64,000 nucleotides of DNA from Bryobacterales bacterium (lineage in GTDB: Bacteria > Acidobacteriota > Terriglobia > Bryobacterales > UBA6623). Positions 33,633 through 44,796 of the stretch are shown piece after piece (the first letter of the stretch is position 1; every line of letters starts with the position of its first letter). The translations under genes were made by a program, and so were the position numbers. The notes under the pieces are model-generated. The model was not told the DNA's origin, did no database searches, and worked only from the letters and a program-made list of their open reading frames with translations. The stretch is taken from positions 448,001-512,000 of the forward strand of contig OY729427.2 in assembly GCA_963422375.2 (NCBI GenBank). The letters are read 5' to 3'.

Positions 33633-35183
33633 ATGGCAAGGATCCGGCGGGCACTACTGAGCGTCACGGACAAGACCGGGCTAGCGGACTTCGCTCGCCA
33701 GCTTACCGCGAGCGGACTCGAGCTGGTTTCCACCGGAGGCACGGCGCGGATCCTGCGCGAGGCGGGTTTGCCCGTGGAGGACGTCTCGGATGTGACGGGC
33801 TTCCCGGAAATGCTGGACGGGCGAGTGAAGACCCTTCACCCGCGCATCGCCGGCGGGATCCTCGCCGTTCGGTCGAACGCCGAGCATGCGAGCGCCCTGG
33901 AACGCCACGGAATCACGCCCATCGACATGGTGGTGGTGAACCTGTACGCCTTTGAGTCAACCGCCGCCCGCGAGGGAGCGACATTCCACGAGCTCATCGA
34001 GAAGATCGACATCGGGGGGCCTTCGCTGATCCGCGCTTCCGCGAAGAACTTCACGGACGTGGCCGTCGTCACGGACCCGGCGGACTACCCGGCAGTCGGG
34101 AAGGAGCTGGCCTCGGACGGCACGCTTTCGACCGCCACCCGGTGGCGACTGGCACAGAAGGCATTCCGCGTGACCGCTGCCTACGACAGGGCGATCAGCG
34201 CCACGCTCGCCACGCTCGAGCCCGGGCAGCCTCCGGGCGGCGAGGCGGACAGCCCGTTGCCCGCGCAGCTGGACTTGCACGTCCCGCGCGCGCGGGCGCT
34301 GCGATACGGGGAAAACCCCCACCAGCAGGCCGCGCTGTATGCCGAAGGGCGCGACGGCGTCGGCGGGGCCCGCCAGCTCCACGGCAAGGAGCCTTCGTAC
34401 AACAACCTAGTCGACTTGGACGCCTCGTGGCAGCTCGCCCTCGAATTCGACCGGCCGGCCGTGGCGATCATCAAGCACACCAACCCGTGCGGTTGCGCGG
34501 AGGGGGCCTCGCTGGCCGAGGCATACCTAAAGGCCTTGGCCTGCGACCCCGTCTCGGCGTTCGGCTCGGTGATCGCTACCAGCCGCCTGGTGGATCCGGA
34601 GACCGCCCGGGAAATGTCGAAGCTGTTCGTCGAGGCCGTAGCGGCGCCAGGCTACGAGCCGGAGGCGCTGGCCCTGCTCCGGAGGAAGAAGAACACCCGC
34701 CTCATGGAAATCGGCAGGACCGCGGCGGGCACGCTCGTGCGCAGCATTTCGGGAGGTTTCCTCGTCCAGACCGAAGACCGCGCCGAGAGCGGTCCTGAGC
34801 GGTTTGACGTTGTAACCGAGCGGAGGCCTACCGAGGCCGAGGAGGCATCCCTGCGCTTCGCGTGGAAGGTGGTCAAGCACGTCAAGTCCAACGCGATCCT
34901 GTACGCCCGGGACGGCCAGACGGTCGGGGTGGGCGCGGGCCAGATGAGCAGGATCGATTCGGCCCGGCTTGGGGCGCTAAAGGCGGCGCTGCCGTTGGCC
35001 GGCAGTGTGGTGGCCTCGGATGCCTTCTTCCCGTTCGCCGACGGGATTGAGGAGCTCGCGAGCCACGGGGCGACGGCCGTGATCCAGCCGGGAGGCTCGA
35101 GACGAGACGGTGAAGTCATAGATGCCGCGAACCGCCTGGGCTTGGCGATGGTCTGCACCGGGACGCGGCACTTCCGCCATTGA
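33633..35183 (+). CDS. purH: Bifunctional AICAR transformylase/IMP cyclohydrolase
   Basis: RALLSVTDKTG, GRVKTLHP, LRYGENPHQ, KHTNPCG, SDAFFPF and RHFRH. Confidence 0.97.
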   Translation: MARIRRALLSVTDKTGLADFARQLTASGLELVSTGGTARILREAGLPVEDVSDVTGFPEMLDGRVKTLHPRIAGGILAVRSNAEHASALERHGITPIDMVVVNLYAFESTAAREGATFHELIEKIDIGGPSLIRASAKNFTDVAVVTDPADYPAVGKELASDGTLSTATRWRLAQKAFRVTAAYDRAISATLATLEPGQPPGGEADSPLPAQLDLHVPRARALRYGENPHQQAALYAEGRDGVGGARQLHGKEPSYNNLVDLDASWQLALEFDRPAVAIIKHTNPCGCAEGASLAEAYLKALACDPVSAFGSVIATSRLVDPETAREMSKLFVEAVAAPGYEPEALALLRRKKNTRLMEIGRTAAGTLVRSISGGFLVQTEDRAESGPERFDVVTERRPTEAEEASLRFAWKVVKHVKSNAILYARDGQTVGVGAGQMSRIDSARLGALKAALPLAGSVVASDAFFPFADGIEELASHGATAVIQPGGSRRDGEVIDAANRLGLAMVCTGTRHFRH

Positions 35184-35354
35184 CGCCCGGCGCGCCGTGA
35201 CCGTGGCGGGCGCGGCTCGAGCAGCGAGGAGTGCTCGAGGGGACGCTTGCCGAAGCCCGGCGCCTGCCTTGCGGTCGCATGCCTGGGTCACGCGTGCGGA
35301 CGGAAGCAACCAGTCCGGGGTCATCCTCGCTAACCGGCTGCACCAGCGGCCCGC

Positions 35355-35938
35355 ATCCTGCACTTCAAACCTAGCCGCGCCCGCATCCAGGACCACCACC
35401 CGGACCTCGTCGCCCGACCGGACGCCGAGCTCGGAATGCGGACCGCTTGCGTAGCCTTGGGTCGAGCCGCTTAGGGATCCCAGCCGCAGCTGCACGGAGA
35501 GAGGACGACAGCGGCAGGATCTTCGATGCGAACGCGACAGCTGCCGCCAGGAGGGCAGCCGAGCGCGACCGCGAGCTCGAACGGAGCCAACGTCACGCTG
35601 CACCCTGACAAGTAGCGCCCCAAGGCTGTACAAGTCCAGTACGGTTCGCCTGCGCCAGTCCGACCGTCGATAGCCTCGTCGAACGGGCGAAGCCGAATGG
35701 ACGAAGCGTCGGCTACGCTGGCGAGGCCGTCTCGCAGCTTGAACTTCGGTGTTGCAAGATACGCTCGAACGGTGCTAGGATAGACACCACACCTTGCTGG
35801 AATCTCTTCGATAAGTACGTCGACAGAAGCGACGCCGTCGCCCTCTTCAATTTGCCGAATGATCTCGCCCAAGGTTCAGTCGTACGGAGCGGCAATCCAT
35901 TCCTACAGCCCCCAGCGCATCTTATCGGCCTTGATTAT
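35355..35938 (-). pseudogene. C-terminal remnant of a hypothetical (possibly HTH-type) protein cut by IS1595
   Basis: Protein-like frame continues to the IS boundary with in-frame stops (RWGL*EW..YD*TLGEII) and a frameshift near 35500; limits approximate. Confidence 0.45.
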
Positions 35939-36023
35939 GGGAATTATATATCTGAGTGCCGAGGGAATCAAGTCGGAAAATTATCAAGCCATAATAAGAT
36001 TTCATGTTTCTTCCGAATTTCCG

Positions 36024-36053
36024 TTGACATTCTGTGGTGTTTCTTGGTAGAAT
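36024..36053 (+). promoter_or_regulatory. Putative transposase promoter in IS1595
   Basis: TTGACA-18 nt-TAGAAT, conserved in copy 2. Confidence 0.6.
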
Positions 36054-36076
36054 AGTTCCAGTAGGGGATACTGTAA

Positions 36077-37033
36077 ATGAAGAAATCAGGTCCCGGAAAG
36101 TGGTTCCGTAAAGGCATCACATTGATGGAAGTGATCGCCATGTTCCCCGATGACGAATCCGCGGAAAAGTGGTTCGCCTCCATGCGCTGGCCGGACGGTC
36201 CCGCGTGCCCCCGCTGCCGCGGCTCCAGCGTGCAGTCCGGCGCGGCCCACCCTTCGATGCCGTACCGTTGCCGCGGCTGCGGCAAGCGCTTTTCCGTGCG
36301 CACCGGCAGCGTGACGGCCGACACCAAGCTCGGCTACCGCGTCCGGGGCGTGGCCCTGTTCCTGCTGACCACCGGCCTCAAGGGCGTCTCCGGCATGAAG
36401 CTGCATCGCGACCCGGGCATCAGCCGGAAGTCGGCCTGGCACCTCGCGCACCGCATCCGCGCGTGCCGGGAGCGGGATCGGGGCCTGTTCGCCGGCCCGG
36501 TGGAAGTGGACGAGACCTACGTCGGCGGCAAGGAACGCAACCAGCACGAGAGGAAGAAGGCCCGTGCCGGGCGCGGGCCCGTCGGCAAGACGCCCGTGGC
36601 GGGGGCGCGGGACCGCGCCACGAACGCAGTGGCCGCGCGGCCGCTGCCGGGCACCGCCAAGGGCGACCTGCAGGGCTTCGCGCGCGCCCGCGTCGCGCCG
36701 GGCGCGCAGGTCCGCTCCGACGAGGCGGCGGCCTGCGCCGGCATGGCGGAGTTCGCGCACGAAGCCGTCAGGCACTCCGGCGGCGAGTACGTGCGCGGGG
36801 CGGCGCATGCGAACGGCATCGAATCGTTTTGGCCCCTGTTCAAGCGCGGCCTGTACGGAACCTATCACCGGATGAGCGTCCGTCATCTCGGCCGCTACCT
36901 CACGGAGTTCGCGGGACGGTGCAACGACCGCGACTGCAACACGGCGGAACGGATGCGGCGCATGGCGCGGGGCTTGGTCGGCCGGACGCTGACCTGCCGG
37001 CAGCTGACCGGCAAGGCCGCGGTCGCGGCCTGA
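36077..37033 (+). CDS. IS1595-family transposase (probably degenerate)
   Basis: Zn ribbon CPRC..CRGC, VEVDETYVGG, SDE, NGIESF and YLTEF. Confidence 0.88.
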   Translation: MKKSGPGKWFRKGITLMEVIAMFPDDESAEKWFASMRWPDGPACPRCRGSSVQSGAAHPSMPYRCRGCGKRFSVRTGSVTADTKLGYRVRGVALFLLTTGLKGVSGMKLHRDPGISRKSAWHLAHRIRACRERDRGLFAGPVEVDETYVGGKERNQHERKKARAGRGPVGKTPVAGARDRATNAVAARPLPGTAKGDLQGFARARVAPGAQVRSDEAAACAGMAEFAHEAVRHSGGEYVRGAAHANGIESFWPLFKRGLYGTYHRMSVRHLGRYLTEFAGRCNDRDCNTAERMRRMARGLVGRTLTCRQLTGKAAVAA

Positions 37034-37471
37034 GCGGCGCCCGCCGCGCTGAGCGCGGCAGCCCGCTGCGGGCGCGCTCTTCACGCTCGGTGCGCTTCAC
37101 GCTCGGTGCGAGGGGCGCACCGGATGCGGAATGCCCCGGCGCGACCCCGGTCCGGCCCGGACCGTCCATGCAGGCCGTCGAGCGCCGGGGATCCGCTGTC
37201 TTCGGCCCTCGCAGGGCCTGCAAGCGGCTTGCAAGGGGTGCCCTGCCACCGCCAACCGGGTTCCACCGGGGCAACCGGGGCAGGCGAGGCGGCCTCTCTA
37301 GTCCCTGCCTCGTCCAATCCGCTGGCAGGCTCGAGTCAGATACGATCCCACTCCCCACCCCTCTGTGCCCGCCGCGGCCGCACTCGAATGAACCCAGCTC
37401 GACACCGACCTCCCTGCTCACAGCAGTTCTAGTCGGACATGGCGTTGTCGGCACTCAGATATATAATTCCC

Positions 37472-38380
37472 TTTCTTTACGTCGCGCTGACGGCTCCCCA
37501 CACCCCTACCAGCCCCAGCCCGGAGTTTGAAGGCACCAGCGACTTGGGCTTGTACGGGGACTTTGTCGAGGAGACCGACGCCACGGTGGGGCGCGTCCTA
37601 CGCGCTCTGGAATTGCACGGCCTGAGCGACAGCACGCTCGTGATCGCCACATCCGATCACGGCGCCGCACCGTATGCAGGCAATCTCCGCAAGGCGACGC
37701 CGAACCTCATTCGAGAGCTTGAGAAGCTCGGCCACTACTCGAGCGGCATCTACCGCGGTTACAAGTTCACAGTGTTCGAGGGCGGCCTGCGAGTGCCCTT
37801 GCTTGCGCGATGGCCGGGTGCGGTCCCGCCCGGGTCTCGCTGCAACCGATTAGTGGGGCTGAATGACCTTGCAGCCACGGTCGCCGACGTCGCGGGCATC
37901 GACTTGGATCAAGGAGACCTCCCGGACTCGGTGAGCCTCGCGCCTCTCCTGAGGAATCCGACAGATCAAAGCGTGCGAACGCACCTAGTGATGCAGTCGC
38001 CGCTGGCATTCGCAATCCGCCACGACCGTTGGAAGCTCGCCCTCACCCCCGGGAGCGGTTCCCGGGGCATGTGGGGAACGTCGCCGGCACCCGAGGAAGC
38101 ATGGGGCGATGCCTTGGAATCGTTCGAATCGATTCCGTCCCCTGCGGACTTGCGGAAGGCACCGTTCGTGCAGCTGTTTGACCTCGTCGACGACGCGCGC
38201 GAAACCAAGAACCTAGCCGCCGACCGACCGGCAAGGGTTGACGCGCTGAATTCCCTCTTCGACTCGATCATCGAGCGCGGACGCAGCACGCCCGGGCCCG
38301 CACTTGCCAACGACGTCGCATCCGTCGATCTCCACAGGAATGCCCGCCCGTGGATCCGGCAACTCGGCACGGCGCGCTGA
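37472..38380 (+). pseudogene. C-terminal half of an arylsulfatase, 5' part removed at the IS1595 end
   Basis: FLYVALTAPHTP, YGDFVEETD, TSDHG and RGYK..EGGLRVP; no CxPxR motif; the ORF-track start lies inside the IS. Confidence 0.85.
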
Positions 38381-39570
38381 GGCGCATCGCAACGGCGCGC
38401 GCATCCAGCCAGCGTGCCCGCACTGCCGTCCGTCCCGCAGGCAGGCAGGCGCTCGCATCCGGCTCCGTAGCGAGGGGTCGAGCCGCCACCGGCCTGATCC
38501 GCCGGCACCACGAGCCTCACGAGCCTACTGAGCGGGTCGGCTTGGTCAAGGGTGCCGGCCGAATTCCAGGCCCGCGCCGCCAAGAATGCTGAGCGGGACC
38601 TTCCGTGTGCCGATACGCTGCTGGGTGCGCGGCCGCTGCGGCACGAAAATCTTGCCCGGCGCGGTCTCCGAGGCGGTCGAATCGACAGGTTTGCGCTGGC
38701 GGCCGAGCCCAGGCGCCGGGCTTCGTTGCACCACTGGCATCGCGTCGGAGGGCCGCTCGGTCAGCACCTGCAGGAATGGTCGCGAAACTCCATCAATCGC
38801 ACACCTCCAGTCCTAGTTTGAGGGCCTGCGACCCGCGCCCGAGAGACTAGGTGAGAGGATGATGGGGCCACGGAGGCCGAGCTAGGCAGGCATCGTGCGC
38901 TCTCGGAAATTGCTGCCAGGCCGTCCGCCGCCGTGTTCGCGCTTGCCTGCATGCTGCTTGGTTCCGGCGGGCGGCCGCCCAGACCCTCGACGACTTCCAG
39001 CCCCCGGCCCCGTCGAGCCCGCTCGGAATGGTGAGTGAGATCCGCTACGACGCGGGCCGGATCGAATTGCCAGCCGGCTTCCTCGCGAACCCCCTCCCGG
39101 AATCGAGCGCCTGTTCCGCTTCAACGAGGCTCTGTGGATCCTTGCCTACGAGACGTCGATTCATGACGGGGGGCGAGCCAACCGGGAACTATGTCTGCCG
39201 CACCTTCCTCGGCGACAAGGCGTTCACCGAGAAACGGGGCGCGCGGATAGCTACCCTCTAGTCGGCCTCCTTCACGAAGGAAGTGCAGCTGCCCGAGGGA
39301 CTCGAGCTGTTCGTGCCGGCCGGCCGAGGGCGGCACTGGCTGCCGCTGCGCAACAATCCGTCCGGCGGCGACGCTGAGGTCGGCATGGGAATCGAGTGCC
39401 GGGACCTCCGGCGAGCATGCGGGGGTCGCGTTCCGCATCGGATTCGCGGAGTCCCTCAGCGGCGCGCGGAGAGCGATGACATCGGCGACGGACAGGGATG
39501 GGAACTGCCGTTTGGACGGCACGAAGTTGGTCCGTCCGGGCGGTCAGTGGCCCGCTGCGTGCGCATCGCT

Positions 39571-40728
39571 TCAGACGAGGACTTCCCCGATACGCCGCCC
39601 TTGCATCCCTTCGGCGGGCACGCCCAGCGTCGCGGCCGCGGTGGCGGCCACGTCCACGTGCGAGATGGGGCGGTCCGTCTCGCCCATTTCGAGCCCCGCG
39701 CCCAAGGCCAGCAGCCACACGTGCCGGCACGACGGATCCCCGCTGCGATGGTTCAGGAAGCCGTTCGCGGTGTTCAGGTCCCCGTCCCGCCCCAGCTCCG
39801 GCAGGATCAGGACGGTGGTCTTGTCCCTGTAGTCCGGATTCGACTGGACCTCGTCCCAAAGCAAGCCGCAGAGGCGATCAGTCTTCGTGATCGCCTGGAG
39901 ATACAGCGAGTACGCGCCCCAATGCGCCACGTCCATGTCCCAGAAGTTGACGAGCAACAGCCGCGGCGCAAACTCCCGCATCACCTCCCTCGTCACGAAG
40001 AAAGTCAGCTCGTCGCCCGAGTTGGGCGCTTCCGGGCCGTAGATGTACTGCACCAAGCCGCGCTTGAGCGTGTCCTTGACCTGCCTGTCCAGCTGTTTGC
40101 CGCCGCGGAAGATCGTCCATCCTATGCCCTCGTAGCCGGCGTTGAGGATGCCCTCCAGCTGGTGGAGCACGTTTTCGCGGTCCGCGACCCCCTGGTCAAG
40201 GTCCCGCTTGATCACTTCGTCTACCGCTTCCAGCAGCAACAGCTTCGGCAGGACGACGTTCGCGCCTACATCCTCACCGTACCCCCGCACCCGCGTCGCG
40301 CCCATCGAGGCGAAGCTCTTGTTCGTGCAGATGGCCCAGGCGTCGGTGGCGGGCTTGCGCCGCGACTTGCGGTAGCGCTCGAAGATCGTGGGGCTGGCGG
40401 CCGACTGGAACCCGAAGTCGTCGACTCGCTGCCAGTTCCCCGTCACGATGCTGGACGTCGAGTTGTAATGGGACAGCACTCCACTGTTGACGCAATTCGA
40501 GAAGAACCGGCCCTGGCTCTTCAACGCGGACAGACGCGGAATGTTCCTCAGTCCCTCTCGGGCGAATGTCTCCCGGTAGCGGCACCCGCCGCCGAACGTC
40601 ACCACGATCAGCTTGCGGTCGTCGTGCGGACGCGCTTCCCGTTGCGCCCGGAGGCCCGGCGGCACGAGCTTCTCGGCAATCGCCAAGCCCGCCAGTTTGA
40701 GAAAATCGCGCTTGGGCAGTCGCAGCAT
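39571..40728 (-). CDS. Alkaline-phosphatase-superfamily hypothetical protein with a Tat-like signal (KRDFLK)
   Basis: LIVVTFGGG, DMDVAH, AITKTD..LWDEVQ..YRDKT and PELGRD patterns; start overlaps the upstream stop codon. Confidence 0.65.
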   Translation of the reverse strand: MLRLPKRDFLKLAGLAIAEKLVPPGLRAQREARPHDDRKLIVVTFGGGCRYRETFAREGLRNIPRLSALKSQGRFFSNCVNSGVLSHYNSTSSIVTGNWQRVDDFGFQSAASPTIFERYRKSRRKPATDAWAICTNKSFASMGATRVRGYGEDVGANVVLPKLLLLEAVDEVIKRDLDQGVADRENVLHQLEGILNAGYEGIGWTIFRGGKQLDRQVKDTLKRGLVQYIYGPEAPNSGDELTFFVTREVMREFAPRLLLVNFWDMDVAHWGAYSLYLQAITKTDRLCGLLWDEVQSNPDYRDKTTVLILPELGRDGDLNTANGFLNHRSGDPSCRHVWLLALGAGLEMGETDRPISHVDVAATAAATLGVPAEGMQGRRIGEVLV

Positions 40729-41411
40729 CAGTAGTCGACGATTTCCCCGCCCGGAATCTTCCTCCGCATTCCCGCACCCAAATCCAGCGGATGGTCGTAT
40801 CCGGCGAGGATCTCGCCTGAGGGGGAGTAATAGGGCCCGATGTCGCAGGCCATGGACCCGCCTCCCTCATCGACGAAGGTAATCTTGGTCACCAGCTTTG
40901 CGGACTTGTAGCCGTACTTCGAAGGCGCCAAGAGGCGCAGCGGTGCCCCGTGCGGGTCCGTGAGCGGCTGGCCGGCCATCTCCAGGCAGAGCATCACCCC
41001 GGGCTGGGCCATTTCCTCCAGCGACATGTACTCGTACCACTTGTCCGCGCAGTCGATGCGAACGGCCTTCGCGCCGGAGAGCGGCTTGACGTCCTCGAGA
41101 AGCTCGTCAAAGCGAAAGCCGCCCCAAGTAGTCCGGGCGGACCAGCACTGCACGCACTTGAGGCGCGAGGACTGCTCGACACGCGGATACGCCTTCAACT
41201 CCTCCACGGGCAGCGAGGCGGGATTGGCGACGAGCCCGCCGATCTCCAGACGGTACGAGCTCTTGTCGACCGGCGGCACGGGGTTGTACCACATGATTCG
41301 AAACCCGAGCTCGTCGGGCGTGTCCGTCGGGAGCATCACCCGGCGGCGTTCCGCGGCCCAAGCCGCCCCTCCGCCTGCGGCGGCGGAGGCAAGAAATCGC
41401 CGACGATCCAT
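40728..41411 (-). CDS. Tat-exported molybdopterin-dependent oxidoreductase (sulfite oxidase/MsrP-like)
   Basis: MDRRRFL; LKCVQCWS (Mo-ligating Cys region); HGAPLRL..PSKYGYKSAK. Confidence 0.9.
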   Translation of the reverse strand: MDRRRFLASAAAGGGAAWAAERRRVMLPTDTPDELGFRIMWYNPVPPVDKSSYRLEIGGLVANPASLPVEELKAYPRVEQSSRLKCVQCWSARTTWGGFRFDELLEDVKPLSGAKAVRIDCADKWYEYMSLEEMAQPGVMLCLEMAGQPLTDPHGAPLRLLAPSKYGYKSAKLVTKITFVDEGGGSMACDIGPYYSPSGEILAGYDHPLDLGAGMRRKIPGGEIVDY

Positions 41412-41444
41412 CAGTGCTTTGAGTTTACCAGCACTTCCGCGAGC

Positions 41445-42124
41445 CTATTGGGGAATGAACCGGTAGCCGATCCCGTGATGCGTGACGATCCACCGCGGCC
41501 TCTTCGGATTCGCCTCGATCTTCTGCCGCAACGATCCCACATGCACATCAACCGTGCGCGTTCCGGCCGACGCCTCGCCCTTTCTCCAGACCTCACGCAG
41601 CAGCACTGCGCGTGTCAGAGTCTCCCTAGGATGCCGCAGGAAGTACTCCAGCAGCTGGTACTCCAGCGCCGACAGGCGCAGCTGCGTCCCCCCCCCCGCA
41701 GCGGGTCGACCCGCACTTCCCCGAAGCGATATCTGGGAATGTCGGCCCGCGCGACGCTCCGCTGGTCGCGGCGCAGAACCGCCTCGACCCGCGCCAGAAG
41801 TTCCGCCATCTCGAACGGCTTGGGAAGGTAGTCGTCCGCACCTGTCTTCAATCCCCTGACGCGGTCCGTCACGTGGTCCTTCGCGGTCAGCATGAGCACA
41901 GGAGTAGAGACGCCGGCGTCCCTCAATTCCTTGCAGACATCCATGCCCGACTTCTTGGGCAGCATCAGGTCAAGCACGATTAGGTCGATCCCGCCGCGGC
42001 GGGCGCGATCGAAACCCGCCATGCCGTCCGTCGCGAATTCGACTTCGTAACCCTCGGACTGGAACCGGTCCTCCATCGTCATGCCGATTCCGGCCTCGTC
42101 TTGGATCAGCAAGACGCGAGGCAT
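41445..42124 (-). pseudogene. OmpR-family response regulator, frameshifted
   Basis: Receiver LDLMLP..LTAK..GADDYLPKPF; winged helix RTVDVHV..LRQKIE..GIGYRF lies in another frame; the shift is at a G10 run (C10 at 41688-41697). Confidence 0.88.
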
Positions 42125-42143
42125 CGCAGCACGGCTCCTCGTG

Positions 42144-43256
42144 CTAGGTGGCCTTCCCCGGCAGGCTGAGGGTGAAGGCGCTTCCCTGCCCAGGCTCGCT
42201 ACGGACCGAGAGGCTGCCGCCCATGGCCCGCGCCAGATCGCGCGCCAGCTTCAAACCCAGGCCGGCGCCTTGCACGTTCAGCTGGCTGGCTGCCGCGCCG
42301 CGAAAGTACGCGTCGAAGATTCGCTTCCTGTCCTTGTCGGAAATGCCCCGGCCCCCATCGGAGACACGCAGCCAGACCCGGACGCGACCGCGGCGCTCGA
42401 CGGATCCGGCCTCGACCCGAACCCAACGGCCCGGCTTGCCGTACTCAGGTTCGAGAGGATCTGCCTCACCGCCTGCGGGTCGGCGACGACCGCAGGAAGC
42501 GGCCCCCGCTCCGATCGGTCAAGCGAGAAGCCGGCTTGCTCGATCATCGGTCGCGCCTCGTTGACTGCGTCCGTCACCAGCTGCGCCGCATCCAGCGGCA
42601 GGGAGCGCATCTCGCGCTGGCCGGACTCGATCGCCGCGAATTGCAGCGTCTGCTCCACCATTCCGCCGATGCGAAGGCCTTGGTCCAGAATGAGCCTGCC
42701 GTACTGGCGGATCCGCCCGTCGGAGGCGACAATCCCGTCGGCTATGTTCTCGCCAACCGAGCGAATCACCGATATCGGCGTCCGGAGCTCATGGGTCACG
42801 CCGGCGATGAACTGCATCTGCATCCCAGCCAGATGCTTGGCGCGCCGCGCTGATAATACGACGAGCACCATCGCGCTCGCGAGCACCACCAGCACGCCCA
42901 GCCCAGTCCCCAGGCGCCGGTCCCTCTGCCTCGCAACGACGGCCGCGAGGGGTCCCCTAACGTGCCTAGCCGCGAGCTCGACCGCGACGGGCGAGTTGCT
43001 CCCGGCTAGAACGACCCGGGGAGGGCCCACCGTCGGAAGACCACGTCGGTGGGGCGGCGGACCGGGCGGTCGGGCACTAGGCCAAGCGAGCAGGGGCGGG
43101 CCGACGGCGCCTCCCGGCGCAGGGCCGCCGGGGAGAGAGCCTGGGGGCGCTCGAAAGAAACGGAGGCGCCTGCGGCGCTCTGCCGTTGCAAGCCATGCCG
43201 CGCCGAGCTCGGGACTCGACCGATACAGGAACGGATGGCCGTCACCGGTAACCAAG
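42144..43256 (-). pseudogene. Sensor histidine kinase, C-terminal part (IS-disrupted and frameshifted)
   Basis: VTHELRTP H-box; N-box truncated with a frameshift near 42445; DGGRGI and GAGLGL boxes in the next frame. Confidence 0.88.
43249..43256 (+). repeat. Target site duplication TAACCAAG, left copy
   Basis: Identical 8-mer at 46879-46886. Confidence 0.85.
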
Positions 43257-44796
43257 GAGCCTTTTGCAAAATTCAGAAAAGAGGGCTGACCGCCCCATGA
43301 ACGACTAGTTTCCGGGCTGTTATTCTCGCCGAAAAAGACCCCCTTCAGCTGGGCTTGCTCCGCTTCGGGGCGCTCCTGCGGGGATCGGCCCCGTGCAGGC
43401 GCAGCTCTCCCGGCCCGGCCCGGCGGGCGGGCGCTCTGCCCGGCCGTCCCGGCGGCCCGGGCTCTCGGAGCGCCAGGCGCAGGAGCTGCGCGACCGTCAG
43501 CGCGAGCACGCCGAACATGAGGTGGCACAGCACCTTGCCATGGCCGCGGACGCGCACGTGGCGCCCGCCGCAATCGTCCTTCAGGCGGCCGTTGACACGC
43601 TCCACCGTCGAGCGCTCGCGGTAGTGCAGCTTGGCGGGATTCGCCCGGCGCTGCGCAGCGCCTTGGCCTCCCGTTCCAGATCCGCCTTCAGCTCCGTCCG
43701 GCCGCGCGGGTTGACATCGATGAGCGGCACGTGCCCGAGCCGCTCGCTGAAGGCCCCGATCCCGGCCGCGTCGTACGCGCTGTCCATCAGGTCGTACAGG
43801 TTGTCGACGCGGCCCGCGGTCCGCGTCGCCAGCGGGATCGCGGCCTGGCTGTCGTGCAGCGAAGCCGAGGTGAGCAGGCAGCTGACCGGGATCCCGCCGT
43901 CGATCGCGTCGATAGGCAGCTTGTAGCCGCGCCAGCTGACGGTACGGCCCTTGGCGTTGCGCTTGGTGCCGGTATCGCAGCCCTTCGGCAGGTCGTGCAG
44001 CATTGCTTCGAGATTCATGTCCGGCTGCCGCGCCAGTCGGCGCGGAGCGGGCGGCCGCTGCTCGCCCTTGCGAGGGCGCCCGCGCTTGCGTTTCGGCTTG
44101 CGTTCCGGCGCGGGCTTCCCGGCGGGCCGCTCGCGGCCCTCGATGGCGGTCGAGTCGCGCGAGACGTGCCCTGCCAAGCGGCCGTCGAGCGTCCGCGCGA
44201 GCAGCGCCTGGTGCAAGCGTCCGGGCAGTTCGCCGGCGGCGAACTCGGCGCAGGCGCGCGAGAAGGTTGCCTCGCCGGGCACGGCCCCGGCCAGGTCCCG
44301 GCCGCACAGTCGGCGCAGGGTGCGATCGGTCTGCAGGCGCTCGACCGGCGAGCGCGTAGCGGGCTGGTCGAAGACGGCCTTGGCGATGCAGGCGCGCGCC
44401 ATGGCGGCGCGGCTTGCGAGGGGGCGGCCGCGGCCGCCCTGCCCGACGGGCAGGCAGTCCTCGACCTGCGCCGGTTCCACCGCTTGGACGAAGCTGCGGC
44501 AGCGCTCGCCGAGGGGGCCGAGTTCCTGCTCGAGCCAGGGGAACAGCCCCTGCTGGAACGTGAACCAGTACGCGGATACGGTTTCTATCAAGGACATATT
44601 CGTTTGATCCTGCCAGCTGTTTACTAGGCTTGCATTACAATAATAGCACACATGGCAAGAGATTGCCAGGAAACTCAAAACGCAGACAAGCCATTAAAAC
44701 TACATTTACTACAGTCCTATTCCATTGATTATATCGAATACTTAATAGACTAACTAAATGATAATGCTATTAGCGCGGGATTCTTGCAAAAGGCTC
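43257..44796 (-). mobile_element. IS5/IS1182-like element, copy B (both ends present)
   Basis: Terminal inverted repeats GAGCCTTTTGCAA at 43257 and ending at 44796; near-identical to copy A. Confidence 0.9.
43345..44597 (-). pseudogene. IS5/IS1182-like transposase, frameshifted near 43640
   Basis: N-terminal part in ORF 43581-44678 (ATG 44597); C-terminal RSTVERVNGRLKD part in ORF 43345-44307. Confidence 0.85.

Larger units (their letters stand above)
35939..37471 (+). mobile_element. IS1595-family (ISXO2-like) element, copy 1
   Basis: Perfect 24-bp terminal inverted repeats GGGAATTATATATCTGAGTGCCGA; flanks TTGATTAT and TTTCTTTA do not form a target duplication. Confidence 0.93.

Noticed and set aside
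39028..39261. 77-aa ORF that might be a gene remnant
   Set aside because: No identifiable motif or RBS; cannot be supported without a search
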